Shown here piece after piece: positions 31,483-40,990 of a DNA stretch of 64,000 nt. Below the pieces are notes generated by a model. It made no database searches. It had not been told where the DNA came from and saw nothing but the letters and a program-made list of their open reading frames with translations. Location of the stretch: assembly GCA_963782055.1 (NCBI GenBank), contig CAWAIF010000003.1, forward strand, positions 2,944,001-3,008,000, in the 5' to 3' direction. The DNA comes from an uncultured delta proteobacterium. Lineage in GTDB: Bacteria > Myxococcota_A > Polyangia > Polyangiales > Polyangiaceae. The number at the start of each line of letters is the position of its first letter. Within the stretch, counting starts at the first letter, position 1. The translations under genes and the position numbers were made by a program.

Positions 31483-32940
31483 TCAGAAAAGGAGGGGCAC
31501 CCCGAAGGAGACGCGCCCCGACTGGATCGTGGCGCCGTGGTCGAAGGTGTCGGTGCCCAGGCCGACGATCACCTCGATGGGCGGATCGGTCGTCGTCCGC
31601 AGCCCGATGCCACCGGAGAAACGCAGCAGCTTGGGGTCGAAGCCCTCCAGGTGCGGGCCGAAGACGTTGCCCACGGTGGCCACGAGGCTGGCGTCCAGGT
31701 ACGGGGCGATGGGCCAGTGATACTGGAGCGACGCCACGGCCGCGCTGCGTCCGAGGAGCCGCCCGGGCAGGTAGCCGGTCATCCAGACCTCGTCTCCCAG
31801 GGCCACCAGCTCGGTGAACGGGATGGGTTCGGAGGTGAGGGGATCGGCGAAGAGGGTGCCCGCCGAGAGCTCGAGGATGCGCCCGTGCCCGTTCACGTCG
31901 AGGAAGCCGCTCGCCACGGCGCCGTAGCGCATCCACGCCGAGGCGGGGGCGTGCGAGACATCGCTCCCCACGTAGCCTTGCGCCGTCAGCCGGACGCCGG
32001 AGCCAGTCTTGGCGCCGAAGCGACGCGTGTCGAGCGACGCCTCCAGGCGCCCCGTCGGTCCGCTGTAGCTCCTGTCGAAGCCGAAGGGGATGGAGAAGGC
32101 GCCCGTCGCCGCGCGCGCCTCGACGCTCGGGTCGCTGCGGTACTCGCCCGACGTGACGTCCACCTTGCGCACGCCCGCGGCGACCAGCACGCGGCTCCTT
32201 CGCCAGATGCGGGCCTCGAAGGACGCGTGGGCCTCGAAGCGAGCCTCGGAGTAGCGGCTCTCGTCCGACTGCCTGGACTCCGGACCGATGCCGTAGAAGG
32301 GATCGTCCGGCCGGTGCACGCCGACCGCCCGGATCTGCAGGGTGTCCCGGTCGTCGTGGAAGCGCCAGCGGTCGGTGAGCGTCCCGCTCAGCCAGTCGTC
32401 CGGCCAGACCTCGTAGTGCACCCGCAGATCGTTGCCCTTCACGTAGAAGGCGTCGTTCCAGAAGCCGTACAGGCCCACGCTGGGGTTGAGACCGAACTCC
32501 ACGAAGCCCACGGGGACGATGCCGCCCTTGTGGTCGGGCACGAAGACGAAGAAGTCGTACGCCTTGCGCGGGAGGTCGGCGCGCTCGGCCGCGATGGTCA
32601 GCGCGCCGAGCGGCTTGCGCAGGAGCACCTCGCTCGTCAGGTACAGCGGCGACAGGAGCATGCGCAGGGGCCAGAGCCCCGGCTCGCCGGGCTGCGCCTC
32701 CGGGTTGCCGCGGCCGTCGTAGTCGGGCACCGCGCGCTTTGGCGTGGGCGGATGGTGGCGGTCCGCCACGGTGGAGGAGGGCTCGTCCCCCGCGGCCCGC
32801 GCCGCAGACTCGCCCGCGCTGATCGCCAGGCAGACGGCGATCGCGGTCACGGTGCGCCCGAGCGTCGACGGCCCGGACCAGCGAGGTTGGTGGGCGCGGA
32901 GCATCACGGAGCGCGTGGGTGCAGCGCTCGTGCCACGCAC
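31483..32940 (-). CDS. Omp85 (BamA/TamA-superfamily) beta-barrel without POTRA domains
   Basis: Signal peptide; FYGIGP, PFTELVALG..WMTGYLPGRLLG (loop-6-like), GGIGLR, terminal VSFGVPLLF; start uncertain. Confidence 0.75.
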   Translation of the reverse strand: MRGTSAAPTRSVMLRAHQPRWSGPSTLGRTVTAIAVCLAISAGESAARAAGDEPSSTVADRHHPPTPKRAVPDYDGRGNPEAQPGEPGLWPLRMLLSPLYLTSEVLLRKPLGALTIAAERADLPRKAYDFFVFVPDHKGGIVPVGFVEFGLNPSVGLYGFWNDAFYVKGNDLRVHYEVWPDDWLSGTLTDRWRFHDDRDTLQIRAVGVHRPDDPFYGIGPESRQSDESRYSEARFEAHASFEARIWRRSRVLVAAGVRKVDVTSGEYRSDPSVEARAATGAFSIPFGFDRSYSGPTGRLEASLDTRRFGAKTGSGVRLTAQGYVGSDVSHAPASAWMRYGAVASGFLDVNGHGRILELSAGTLFADPLTSEPIPFTELVALGDEVWMTGYLPGRLLGRSAAVASLQYHWPIAPYLDASLVATVGNVFGPHLEGFDPKLLRFSGGIGLRTTTDPPIEVIVGLGTDTFDHGATIQSGRVSFGVPLLF

Positions 32941-33092
32941 GGCCGAGGCGCCCGTAGCCTGCCCTGCGTGCCCCGCCCCGCACCGATTGCAGCCGCGCCG
33001 CAGCGCGTTCGTCTGCCGGTCGAGGGCGAGTGGGACCGTGTGCTCCGTTTGTGAGTCACGGGAGGCACGACGTGGTAATAGCGGCGCAGTCC

Positions 33093-34544
33093 ATGCGCAT
33101 CCTGATGGTGTCCTCGGAGGTCGAGACCTTCGCCCGCACGGGCGGCCTGGGCGACGCGGTGCTCGGCCTGGCGCGCGCCCTGGCCAAGCTGGGTCACGAT
33201 GTGTGCGTGGTCACTCCGCGGTATGGAAACACCACCATGCCGGGCCCGGTGCACTGGTGGTTCGGCAAGATCCCGGTGCGGGTCGGCTGGGGCCCCGCCG
33301 ACGAGGTCGACCTCGGGGTGGGCGAGGCGCGGCTGGAGGTGGGGCCGGGGACCCTGCGCGTCTGCCTGCTCGAGGACCCCTTCCTCTTCGGCAACCGACG
33401 CGGCATCTACGAGGACGAGGCCGGGACCTTCGGAGACAACGAGCGCCGCTTCGCGGTGCTCTCCCGTGGCGCGCTGGAGGTGGCGGCGCGCCTCTGGCCG
33501 GACGGCGTGGACGTCATTCACGCCCACGACTGGCACGCCGCCCTCGCGGTGATCTATGCGCGCACCGTGATGGGAGACGCCTGGGCGCGGGTGCACTCCG
33601 TCTTCACGATCCACAACCTCGCCTACCAGGGCGTGCTCGGCTTCGAGGCGCTGGACCGCCTGGGGATCCCACGCGGCCTGTTCCACTGGCAGTGCCTGGA
33701 GCACGACGGCCACGTCAACCTGATGAAGGGCGCCATCGCCCTGGCCAGCGTCGTCACCACGGTGAGCCCGACCTATGCGCGCGAGATCCGCCGCCGCCAG
33801 ACGGGCTTCTACCTGGACTGGTTTCTGCGCATGCACTCGCAGAAGCTGATCGGCATCACGAACGGCCTCGACGAGGAGCGCCTCGATCCCAGGACCGACA
33901 CCCGGATCGCCCGGCAGTACGGGGCGGAGGACGTCTGGAACGGCAAGTGGGCGTGCAAGCAGGCGCTGCAGCGGGAGATGGACCTGGAGCCGGGGGGCGC
34001 GCCGCTCTTCGGATGCGTCTCGCGTCTCACCGACCAGAAGGGCGTCGACCTGCTCGACGCGGCGCTCCCGGTGCTGATCGACCGCGGCGCGTCGGTGGTG
34101 CTGGTGGGCAAGGGCGACGCGCGGCTGGAGGACATGCAGCGTCGCGCCGCCCTGCGCTACCCGGGGCGCGTGGCGACGCGCATCGGGTTCGACCCGGACC
34201 TCGCGCAGCGCGCGTACTCCGGATGCGACTTCATCGTGATGCCCTCGCGGTTCGAGCCGTGCGGCCTCACCCAGCTCTACGCGATGCGCTTCGGCGCCGT
34301 GCCGGTGGTGACCGACGTCGGTGGCCTCCACGACACCGTCGAGCAGGCGAACCTCGCGCGCGGGACCGGGACGGGCTTCGTCGCCGGCGCGCCGACGCTC
34401 GTGGACCTGGTGGTCGCGCTGGAGGATGCGCTGGGGGCCTTCCTCGCGCACAACGCCTTCCAGGGGCTGCGGCAGCGGGCGATGCGCCGGGACAGCTCCT
34501 GGACGACCTCCGCGCGGACGTACCTCGCGCGCGCCTACGCGTGA
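33093..34544 (+). CDS. glgA: Glycogen synthase (GT5)
   Basis: MRILMVSSE...RTGGLGD, IHAHDWH, FTIHNLAYQG, TTVSPTYA, SRLTDQKG, MPSRFEPCGLTQLYAMRFG. Confidence 0.95.
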   Translation: MRILMVSSEVETFARTGGLGDAVLGLARALAKLGHDVCVVTPRYGNTTMPGPVHWWFGKIPVRVGWGPADEVDLGVGEARLEVGPGTLRVCLLEDPFLFGNRRGIYEDEAGTFGDNERRFAVLSRGALEVAARLWPDGVDVIHAHDWHAALAVIYARTVMGDAWARVHSVFTIHNLAYQGVLGFEALDRLGIPRGLFHWQCLEHDGHVNLMKGAIALASVVTTVSPTYAREIRRRQTGFYLDWFLRMHSQKLIGITNGLDEERLDPRTDTRIARQYGAEDVWNGKWACKQALQREMDLEPGGAPLFGCVSRLTDQKGVDLLDAALPVLIDRGASVVLVGKGDARLEDMQRRAALRYPGRVATRIGFDPDLAQRAYSGCDFIVMPSRFEPCGLTQLYAMRFGAVPVVTDVGGLHDTVEQANLARGTGTGFVAGAPTLVDLVVALEDALGAFLAHNAFQGLRQRAMRRDSSWTTSARTYLARAYA

Positions 34545-34576
34545 CCGGCGTCCCGGTGCCTCGTGGCGTGACCGGC

Positions 34577-35302
34577 TCAGAAGGTCCTGCGCGCGCCTCT
34601 CGTGGTGCTCGCCGCGCGCGCGTCCGGATAAGGCCCCTCGATCGACAGGTACGACTCCATCCCGTCTCGGACCCACGCGGTGACCAACGGCGACCGGGAG
34701 GCGCGTAGCGCCAGCGGGCGCGCGTGAAGCGGATGGTCCCAGACCTCGAGGGCTCCTCCGCCGTCCTCCGACTCGGCGAGCTCACCGTGGATCTCGAAGG
34801 TCCCCACGTGCAGACCGCTCGCGTCGCGCTGGAACGACTCGTAGCGCCGCCGCGCGGCCCGAAAGGGTTGGGCGCGCGTCACCTGGAGGGCGAGCACGGG
34901 CCGCCCCTCGGCGTCGGTCACCCGCGCGCTCGCCGTGGACGCCTCCGGCGGAGCATCGACCTGGATGTCGACGTCCGCGAGGTAGTGTGGCAGGTGCCAG
35001 AGGTCGATCGCGTGTTGCCTGGCGACCTGGGTCGTCGCCGCGAGCAGGAACGTGTGGAAGGCCGCGTGCGGCACGACATGTTCGCGGTCCACCCGCGGCG
35101 CGACGAGCACCGCCAGCGCCAGCTCGCGGTACGGTCCGACGGGGCTCGTCGTGAAGTTGAAGACGGTGACGGCGAGGGCCGCCTGCCCGTGCACGACCTC
35201 GATCGGCTCGGGGTGCTCCGGAAGGAGCTCCCGCGCGACCTCGCACGGCAGCTCGAACATGGCGCTCAGCGCGACGTCGAACGGGTACTCTACGGGCGGC
35301 AC
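34577..35302 (-). CDS. Acetoacetate-decarboxylase-fold protein
   Basis: ARELLPEH..P...AVTVFNF..SPVGPYRELALAV...AIDLWHLPH; GTG start overlaps the upstream gene end. Confidence 0.7.
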   Translation of the reverse strand: MPPVEYPFDVALSAMFELPCEVARELLPEHPEPIEVVHGQAALAVTVFNFTTSPVGPYRELALAVLVAPRVDREHVVPHAAFHTFLLAATTQVARQHAIDLWHLPHYLADVDIQVDAPPEASTASARVTDAEGRPVLALQVTRAQPFRAARRRYESFQRDASGLHVGTFEIHGELAESEDGGGALEVWDHPLHARPLALRASRSPLVTAWVRDGMESYLSIEGPYPDARAASTTRGARRTF

Positions 35303-36552
35303 GGCACCCCCTCCTCGCGAAGGACGCGCGCGATGGTCTCCGCCGCCTCGTCCAGGTCGCTTCGCGTCAACGCGGCCGACACGGACAGGCGCAGACGGGG
35401 CCGCCCCTTGGGGACCCCCGGGTACGTCCCGGGCTGCACGTACACTCCGGCGTCGCGGATCCTCTTCGCGACGCGAAACACCTTGGTCTCGTCGTAGACC
35501 ATCACGGGGAGGATCTGCGACTGCGAGCCCCCGTAGTCGATTCGGGCGCGGTCGAACTGCTCTCGCACGTAGGCGACGTTGTCCCAGAGGCGGGTCCTGA
35601 GCTCTGGCCGCGCCTCCAGCTCGCGCAGCGCGGCCAGCGTGCCGGCGACCACCGCGGGGGGCAGCGTACACGCGAAGAAGCGCGAGCGGGCGTAGGCCTC
35701 GAGGTAGTCGATGACGTCGCGGCGGCCGCAGGCGAACCCACCGAGGCCCCCCAGCGCCTTGGAGAGGGTGCCCATGTGGATGTCGATCCGGTCCTCGACG
35801 CCGAGGTGCTCTGCGGCGCCGCGGCCGTGCGCGCCGAACACGAATCCGGAGTGTGCCTCGTCCACCATGACGCGGGCGCCTGCCGCGCGAGCCACGTCGG
35901 TGATCTCGCGCAGAGGGGCGAGGTCGCCGTCCATCGAGTAGACGCCCTCGACCACGACCAGCTTGCGGCCTCCGACGCCTTCGATCTTCCTCGCGAGGTC
36001 CTCCGCGCGGTTGTGGCGGAAGAAGACGACCTTTGCCTTGGCGAGGATGGCGCCGTCGATGATCGAGGCGTGGGAGTAGTGGTCCAGGAAGGCATGATCC
36101 CCGGGGCGCAGCAGCCCGGAGAGGATCCCGACGTTGGCGCTGTAGCCCGAAGGAAACAGCGTGGCCGCCTCGCGTCCGTGGAAGCGTGCGAGGGCCTGCT
36201 CCAGCTCGCGATGAACGTCGTAGATGCCGCTCAGGATGGGGCCACCGCAGGCGCCGAGCCCGTATCGCTCGATCGCCTCGGCGGCGGCCGCGCGCACGGC
36301 GGGATCCGTCGCGAGGCCGAGGTAGTTGTACGACGTGAGGTTGACGAGCTCGTGCAGACGCCCGGTGTCGTTCTCGCGGATCACGACGCGCGCGCCGGGC
36401 GCGGAGGTCATCGGGGCCTGGTACAGGTGATACCCGCCGGCGTGCGCCTCGCCCCACCACCCGGCGAAGGCCTCGGCCAGGCCGAACAAGTCCTCGCCGG
36501 CGCCGTAGTAGAAGTTGCTCAGATCGTAGCTCAAAAAGGCGTCGTTCTGCAC
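35290..36552 (-). CDS. PLP-dependent alpha-oxoamine synthase (serine palmitoyltransferase/BioF/Kbl family)
   Basis: LTSYNYLGL, FPSGYSAN, DHYSHASIIDG, FRHN, EGVYSMDGD, VDEAHS, GTLSKALG, RLRLS; start at GTG 36552 or ATG 36663. Confidence 0.9.
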   Translation of the reverse strand: MQNDAFLSYDLSNFYYGAGEDLFGLAEAFAGWWGEAHAGGYHLYQAPMTSAPGARVVIRENDTGRLHELVNLTSYNYLGLATDPAVRAAAAEAIERYGLGACGGPILSGIYDVHRELEQALARFHGREAATLFPSGYSANVGILSGLLRPGDHAFLDHYSHASIIDGAILAKAKVVFFRHNRAEDLARKIEGVGGRKLVVVEGVYSMDGDLAPLREITDVARAAGARVMVDEAHSGFVFGAHGRGAAEHLGVEDRIDIHMGTLSKALGGLGGFACGRRDVIDYLEAYARSRFFACTLPPAVVAGTLAALRELEARPELRTRLWDNVAYVREQFDRARIDYGGSQSQILPVMVYDETKVFRVAKRIRDAGVYVQPGTYPGVPKGRPRLRLSVSAALTRSDLDEAAETIARVLREEGVPCRP

Positions 36553-36714
36553 GAGGTCCCCTGGTGTCCGCGGCGGGCGGAGATGGATCGGAGAAGAGGG
36601 TCGACGAGCTGACCGCTGGTCACGAGGCCCGGGAGCGTACGTCGCTCCAGCGTCGTTTTCCATGAGCTGTGAACGGTCGCGGCGGCCTCGACGGCGTCGC
36701 TCGCCGGCTCAGGG

Positions 36715-37512
36715 TCACGGCGGATGCGGGTGACGGCGCGCGAGCCACGCGCGGGCCATCATGGCGAAGGAGCGCGGGACGATGGCCTCGTGCGGGTGCG
36801 GGCCCGTCACGTTGAGCCGCTGGATACGCACGCGCGGCTCCGCCTTGCCCAGCGCGTGACGGAACTCGTGGAGGTCGCGCCACCACGTGTAGGGCTGCCA
36901 GGTCACCCAGAGCTTCACGTCGGGCTGGATCTGCGCCATGGCCGCGCCCGCGTCGTCATCCATGCAGGTGTCGATGGCCATCACCCCCCGTACGCGGGTG
37001 CGCCGGACCCGCGCGGCGTCGGCGAGGCCGCCGTGCTCGTTGCACCCGGCGCCGCTGTGACCGACGACGTAGACGCGCGTGGTGTCCAGCTCGACGTGGT
37101 CGGAGATCGCCTGGGCGGTCTCGCTGACGAAGTCGTCCACGTCGAAGTCCGGCCAGAGGAAGCGGCCGCGGCTCGCCTCGCGCGTCTGGCTCGGGGCCGC
37201 GAGGACGAAGGGGGGCACGCCGCTCGCGACCAGGCGCTCGACCAGCGGACGGAGGTCGTGGGCGCCGTGCATCCACACATGCATCTCGCCCGCGGGGTTG
37301 ATGCCGTGCAGGAAGACGACGACGGGGAGCTTCTTGCCGCTGGCGAGCGCGGCGTCGGGCAGGTAGGCGGCGGCGCCGTTGTCCTGATCGTCCTGGAGGT
37401 AGCGGGCGTCCTCGAAGGGGTAGTGCACCGTAACCGGCGCGGCGTGGGCGGCGCGCGTCAGGAGGGCTGCGGGCAGCAGCGTGGCCAGGACGAGGAGGGG
37501 GCGAGAGGTCAT
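36715..37512 (-). CDS. Secreted alpha/beta-hydrolase-fold protein
   Basis: Signal peptide ending AHA; VVVFLHG, nucleophile elbow GHSGAG, C-terminal His (PHEAIV). Confidence 0.75.
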   Translation of the reverse strand: MTSRPLLVLATLLPAALLTRAAHAAPVTVHYPFEDARYLQDDQDNGAAAYLPDAALASGKKLPVVVFLHGINPAGEMHVWMHGAHDLRPLVERLVASGVPPFVLAAPSQTREASRGRFLWPDFDVDDFVSETAQAISDHVELDTTRVYVVGHSGAGCNEHGGLADAARVRRTRVRGVMAIDTCMDDDAGAAMAQIQPDVKLWVTWQPYTWWRDLHEFRHALGKAEPRVRIQRLNVTGPHPHEAIVPRSFAMMARAWLARRHPHPP

Positions 37513-37568
37513 ATGGGTGGGGCCGTGGGATGCGCTCCCCCCCGGCACGCGCACCTGCTCTCATTATG

Positions 37569-37582
37569 CTTGGAGTTCCAAG
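37569..37582. promoter_or_regulatory. Inverted repeat CTTGGA-GT-TCCAAG in an AT-rich divergent promoter
   Basis: Perfect 6-2-6 palindrome in a locally AT-rich patch. Confidence 0.4.
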
Positions 37583-37781
37583 TAATTCAAGTGGAAGCGT
37601 CCCTCGCCACGTCCCGTCCACGCCGCCGTGCGCTCCCTCACGACACGAGGGGCGGGGGAGCCGGAATGAATGAGCTACCCCCCGTGTCGCAACGAGGTAG
37701 GTCACGAGACGTCGAGCTGCCGCGCAGAGCGGCGGGGCCCGTCTCGCTTTGACGCGCGCGCTCGCGCGGAGGGAGCGGTCC

Positions 37782-38177
37782 ATGAACATCCAAGCCATCC
37801 AGGACGCCGACGTGCAAGAAGAGCGGCGCACGCTCGGCGGCGGGGAGCGCTCCACGCTCCCCTCACCCTCCGTCGCCGATCGCCTCGAGGCGTACGGCAT
37901 TCTCCCGCCCGGCGGGACGTGTGACGAGCGGGTGCTCGCGCTCATCGAGCAGCTCTTCGTCACCTGGTACGAGATGGACGACGACGCCTCGCGCCGCGCC
38001 GCGGTGCCGTACCTCTTCGCGACCGAGCGCGATCTGCGCGCGGTGCTGCTCGCCGTCGTGCCCCTCTACTACGACAGCCTCTTCTTCGACGAGCGCACGC
38101 CCACGCGCGATCTGGTGGAGATCACCCTGGTGGCCCACCGCAAGTGGCGGCGCTGGCTGGATTCGACGCGGAGCTGA
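37782..38177 (+). CDS. Hypothetical protein
   Basis: ATG preceded by GGAG; typical codon usage; ordered sequence LFVTWYEMDD...PLYYDSLFFD. Confidence 0.65.
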   Translation: MNIQAIQDADVQEERRTLGGGERSTLPSPSVADRLEAYGILPPGGTCDERVLALIEQLFVTWYEMDDDASRRAAVPYLFATERDLRAVLLAVVPLYYDSLFFDERTPTRDLVEITLVAHRKWRRWLDSTRS

Positions 38178-38268
38178 TCACCCCGCCCGGTAGGGCGCGT
38201 CGACGGGCTGCGGGCCGAGCTCCACGCGCGGCAGGCGCCGCTGACGGAGGCGGCGCGCGCCCTCGGCG

Positions 38269-39582
38269 TCAGGGCGACAGGCGGTTGAGCATCCGGGGGA
38301 AGGGGATGGTCTCTCGCACGTGGGGCAGCCCGCAGATCCACGCGACGGTGCGCTCGATGCCCAGGCCGAAGCCGGCGTGGGGGAAGCTCCCGTAGCGGCG
38401 CAGGTCGAGGTACCACTCGAACGCCTCCTTCGGCAGCTTGTGATCGGCGATGGCGCGCTCCAGCGTCTCCAGGTCGTCCTCGCGCTGGCCCCCGCCGATG
38501 ATCTCGCCGTAGCCCTCCGGCGCGAGCACGTCCATGTTGAGCGCCAGAGTGGCGTCTCCCGGGTCGCGCTTGAAGTAGAAGGCCTTCAGGTCCATCGGGT
38601 AGCGGTGGACGATCACCGGGCGGTCGAAGTGGCCGGAGATCACCGTCTCCTCGTCCGCGCCGAAGTCGTCGCCCACCTTGGCCTCGGGGTGACCACCCTT
38701 CTGCAGGATGGCGATCGCCTCCGCGTAGGTGATGCGCGGGAAGGGCGCCTTGACCTGCTCCAGCCTGGAGGTGTCGCGCTCGAGGACCTTCAGGTCCTCC
38801 TTGCGCGACTCCAGCACGTGGCCGACGACGTACGCCAGGAAGTCCTCGGCGAGCTTCATGTCGCCGTCCAGATCCATGAAGGCGACCTCCGGCTCGACCA
38901 TCCAGAACTCGGCGAGGTGGCGGCGTGTCTTGGACTTCTCCGCGCGGAAGGTCGGGCCGAAGCAGTAGGCCTTGCCCACCGCCGCCGCCGCGGCCTCCAT
39001 GTAGAGCTGGCCGCTCTGCGTCAGGTACGCGGCCTCGCCGTGGTAGTCGGTCTCGAAGAGGGTGCTCGTCCCCTCGCACGCGTTGGGCGTGAAGATGGGC
39101 GCGTCGACGAGCGTGAAGCCGCGGCCGTCGAAGAAGTCGCGCACCGCCTTGATGATGGCGTGGCGCACCCGCAGGATGGCGTGCTGCCGCGGCGCGCGCA
39201 GCCACAGGTGGCGATGGTCCATCAGGAAGTCGGTGGAGAAGACGTCCCCGGCGAGCTTCTTCGCGCTGAGCGGGTACTCCTGCGCCACCGGCACGACCAC
39301 GCGCACGTCCTTGCCTTGCACCTCGAAGGCGCCCTCGATCTTGCCGTGCTTCTTGACGGTGCCGACGACCTCCACGCTGGACTCCGGCTGGATGTGATCG
39401 GCGCGGGTGAAGGTGTCCGCGTCGACGTCGCCCTTGAAGACGACCACCTGCACCGTGCCGGATCCGTCGCGCACCTCCAGGAAGTGGAGCTTGCCGCTGG
39501 AGCGCTTGTTGTGGAGCCACCCCCGCAGGGTCACTTCTTTGCCGACGTGGTCACCGAGGCTGCCGATCTGCACGCTGGACAT
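38269..39582 (-). CDS. asnS: Asparagine--tRNA ligase
   Basis: N-terminal OB ([17 protein letters not shown]), [51 protein letters not shown]. Confidence 0.96.
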   Translation of the reverse strand: MSSVQIGSLGDHVGKEVTLRGWLHNKRSSGKLHFLEVRDGSGTVQVVVFKGDVDADTFTRADHIQPESSVEVVGTVKKHGKIEGAFEVQGKDVRVVVPVAQEYPLSAKKLAGDVFSTDFLMDHRHLWLRAPRQHAILRVRHAIIKAVRDFFDGRGFTLVDAPIFTPNACEGTSTLFETDYHGEAAYLTQSGQLYMEAAAAAVGKAYCFGPTFRAEKSKTRRHLAEFWMVEPEVAFMDLDGDMKLAEDFLAYVVGHVLESRKEDLKVLERDTSRLEQVKAPFPRITYAEAIAILQKGGHPEAKVGDDFGADEETVISGHFDRPVIVHRYPMDLKAFYFKRDPGDATLALNMDVLAPEGYGEIIGGGQREDDLETLERAIADHKLPKEAFEWYLDLRRYGSFPHAGFGLGIERTVAWICGLPHVRETIPFPRMLNRLSP

Positions 39583-39624
39583 GGCGTGCGATTAGCACGA
39601 AGGGCGCCCGACGGGCGAGCCGCC

Positions 39625-40455
39625 TCAGAGGCCGCAGGGGCCGGCGGGGTGATAGGTGGACGCATCGAGCCCCCCGGGGCTGGCGTCGCCTGCCTCCGGC
39701 GCGCCGGCGTCCGGCGCGGGCGGGTTGGCGAAGGCGAGCAGGTCGCCCAGCGTGCCGTTGAACTCGTCCATGTCCAGGCCGCCGGCGGTGCCCACGCCCT
39801 TCACTGTGCCCTTGTCGTCGTACTGCCAGAAGATCCACGCCGTCCAGCCGGTGGGCATGAGCGGGCACTTGGCGCCGTAGTTGGCGACCCAGAGCGGGTA
39901 GCCGGTGAAGCCGGAGCCCAGGATGGAGGACATGAAGTTGGCGGTGTAGATCATCGGCTTGCGGCCGACCTTCTGCGCCACGTAGTCCAGCCACGTGGCC
40001 ATCGCCTTGCGCACCGCGTTGGTCGACACGCCGTCCGCCGTCTCGATGTCCATGACCGGCGGCAGATCATTCGGCAGCGCGCCGGCCTTCGCCATCTGCC
40101 CGAGCATGTAGTCGGCCTGCTGGACGGGATCCTGGCTGGCGCGGAAGAACTGGTAGACGCCGCGCACGATGCCCTGTTGCTTCATGCCGTCCCAGTTGGG
40201 GACGAAGGTGGCGTCGGGGTAGCCGAGGCCGTCGCTCACCCGCGCGATGGCGAACTGGACGCCGCCCTTCTTGGCCGCCGCCCAGTCGACGGTGCCCTGG
40301 TACTTGGAGACGTCGATGCCCTGCACCACCAGGCCGTCCGGGCACACCGTGAGCGCGGCCGCGTTGGAGCAGGTGTTGTCCGGCTGCGAGCCGCACGCGA
40401 CGGCGAGCCCGACCGACGCCGCGAAGCCTCCCACGACCAGCGGCCGCAGTCTCAT
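39625..40455 (-). CDS. GH25 lysozyme (muramidase) lipoprotein
   Basis: GIDVSKYQGTVDW, RGVYQFF, PPVMDIE (DxE), LWVANY, FWQY, LDMD. Confidence 0.92.
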   Translation of the reverse strand: MRLRPLVVGGFAASVGLAVACGSQPDNTCSNAAALTVCPDGLVVQGIDVSKYQGTVDWAAAKKGGVQFAIARVSDGLGYPDATFVPNWDGMKQQGIVRGVYQFFRASQDPVQQADYMLGQMAKAGALPNDLPPVMDIETADGVSTNAVRKAMATWLDYVAQKVGRKPMIYTANFMSSILGSGFTGYPLWVANYGAKCPLMPTGWTAWIFWQYDDKGTVKGVGTAGGLDMDEFNGTLGDLLAFANPPAPDAGAPEAGDASPGGLDASTYHPAGPCGL

Positions 40456-40489
40456 CCGTCCAGGATAGCAGGGCGCCGGCCGGCGCGCG

Positions 40490-40951
40490 TCACCTGCGAC
40501 CGAGGCGCGCGGCGCGGCGCCGTTCCCCTGCGGTCTGCGAGGCCCGGACCTCCTCGGAGTCGAGCAGCAGGGAGGGCGCGGGGGTGGGCTTGCCCGCGTC
40601 GTCGATCGCCACGTAGGTGACCAGCGCGCTGACGCACGGCCAGCGCCTGCCGGTGCGCGCGTCCTCGCCCTCCACGTCGATGGCGATCTCCATCGAGGTG
40701 CGGAAGGTGGCGGTCACCCGACCGCGCAGGCGCACGACCTCCCCCACCTTCACAGGCTGCTCGAACTTGAGGTCGTCGACGAAGGCGGTGACGCCCACCC
40801 GCCCGGAGTGCCGCTGCGCGCAGATCGCCCCGCAGAGGTCGACCCACGCCATGATCTGCCCGCCGAAGACGTTGCCCAGCGCGTTGGCGTGAGGCGGCAG
40901 CACGTACTCGGTCATCTCGGTGAGGGAGGCGGACTGCGGCTTGGGGTCCAT
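40490..40951 (-). CDS. Acyl-CoA thioesterase (hotdog, YciA-like)
   Basis: HANALGNVFGGQIMAWVD, VTA..D...F..PV.VG, TSME, YVAID..GKP. Confidence 0.92.
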   Translation of the reverse strand: MDPKPQSASLTEMTEYVLPPHANALGNVFGGQIMAWVDLCGAICAQRHSGRVGVTAFVDDLKFEQPVKVGEVVRLRGRVTATFRTSMEIAIDVEGEDARTGRRWPCVSALVTYVAIDDAGKPTPAPSLLLDSEEVRASQTAGERRRAARLGRR

Positions 40952-40990
40952 GACGCGGACGTTAGCAAACCCCCGGTCGCGCCGGAGGAG

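Noticed and set aside
35290..36552. Assigning the symbol bioF, kbl or spt
   Set aside because: These paralogues share the visible motifs and cannot be separated without phylogeny; no pathway context
39625..40455. GH25 lysozyme as a prophage endolysin
   Set aside because: It has a lipoprotein signal and host-type linker; no holin, structural or integrase genes nearby
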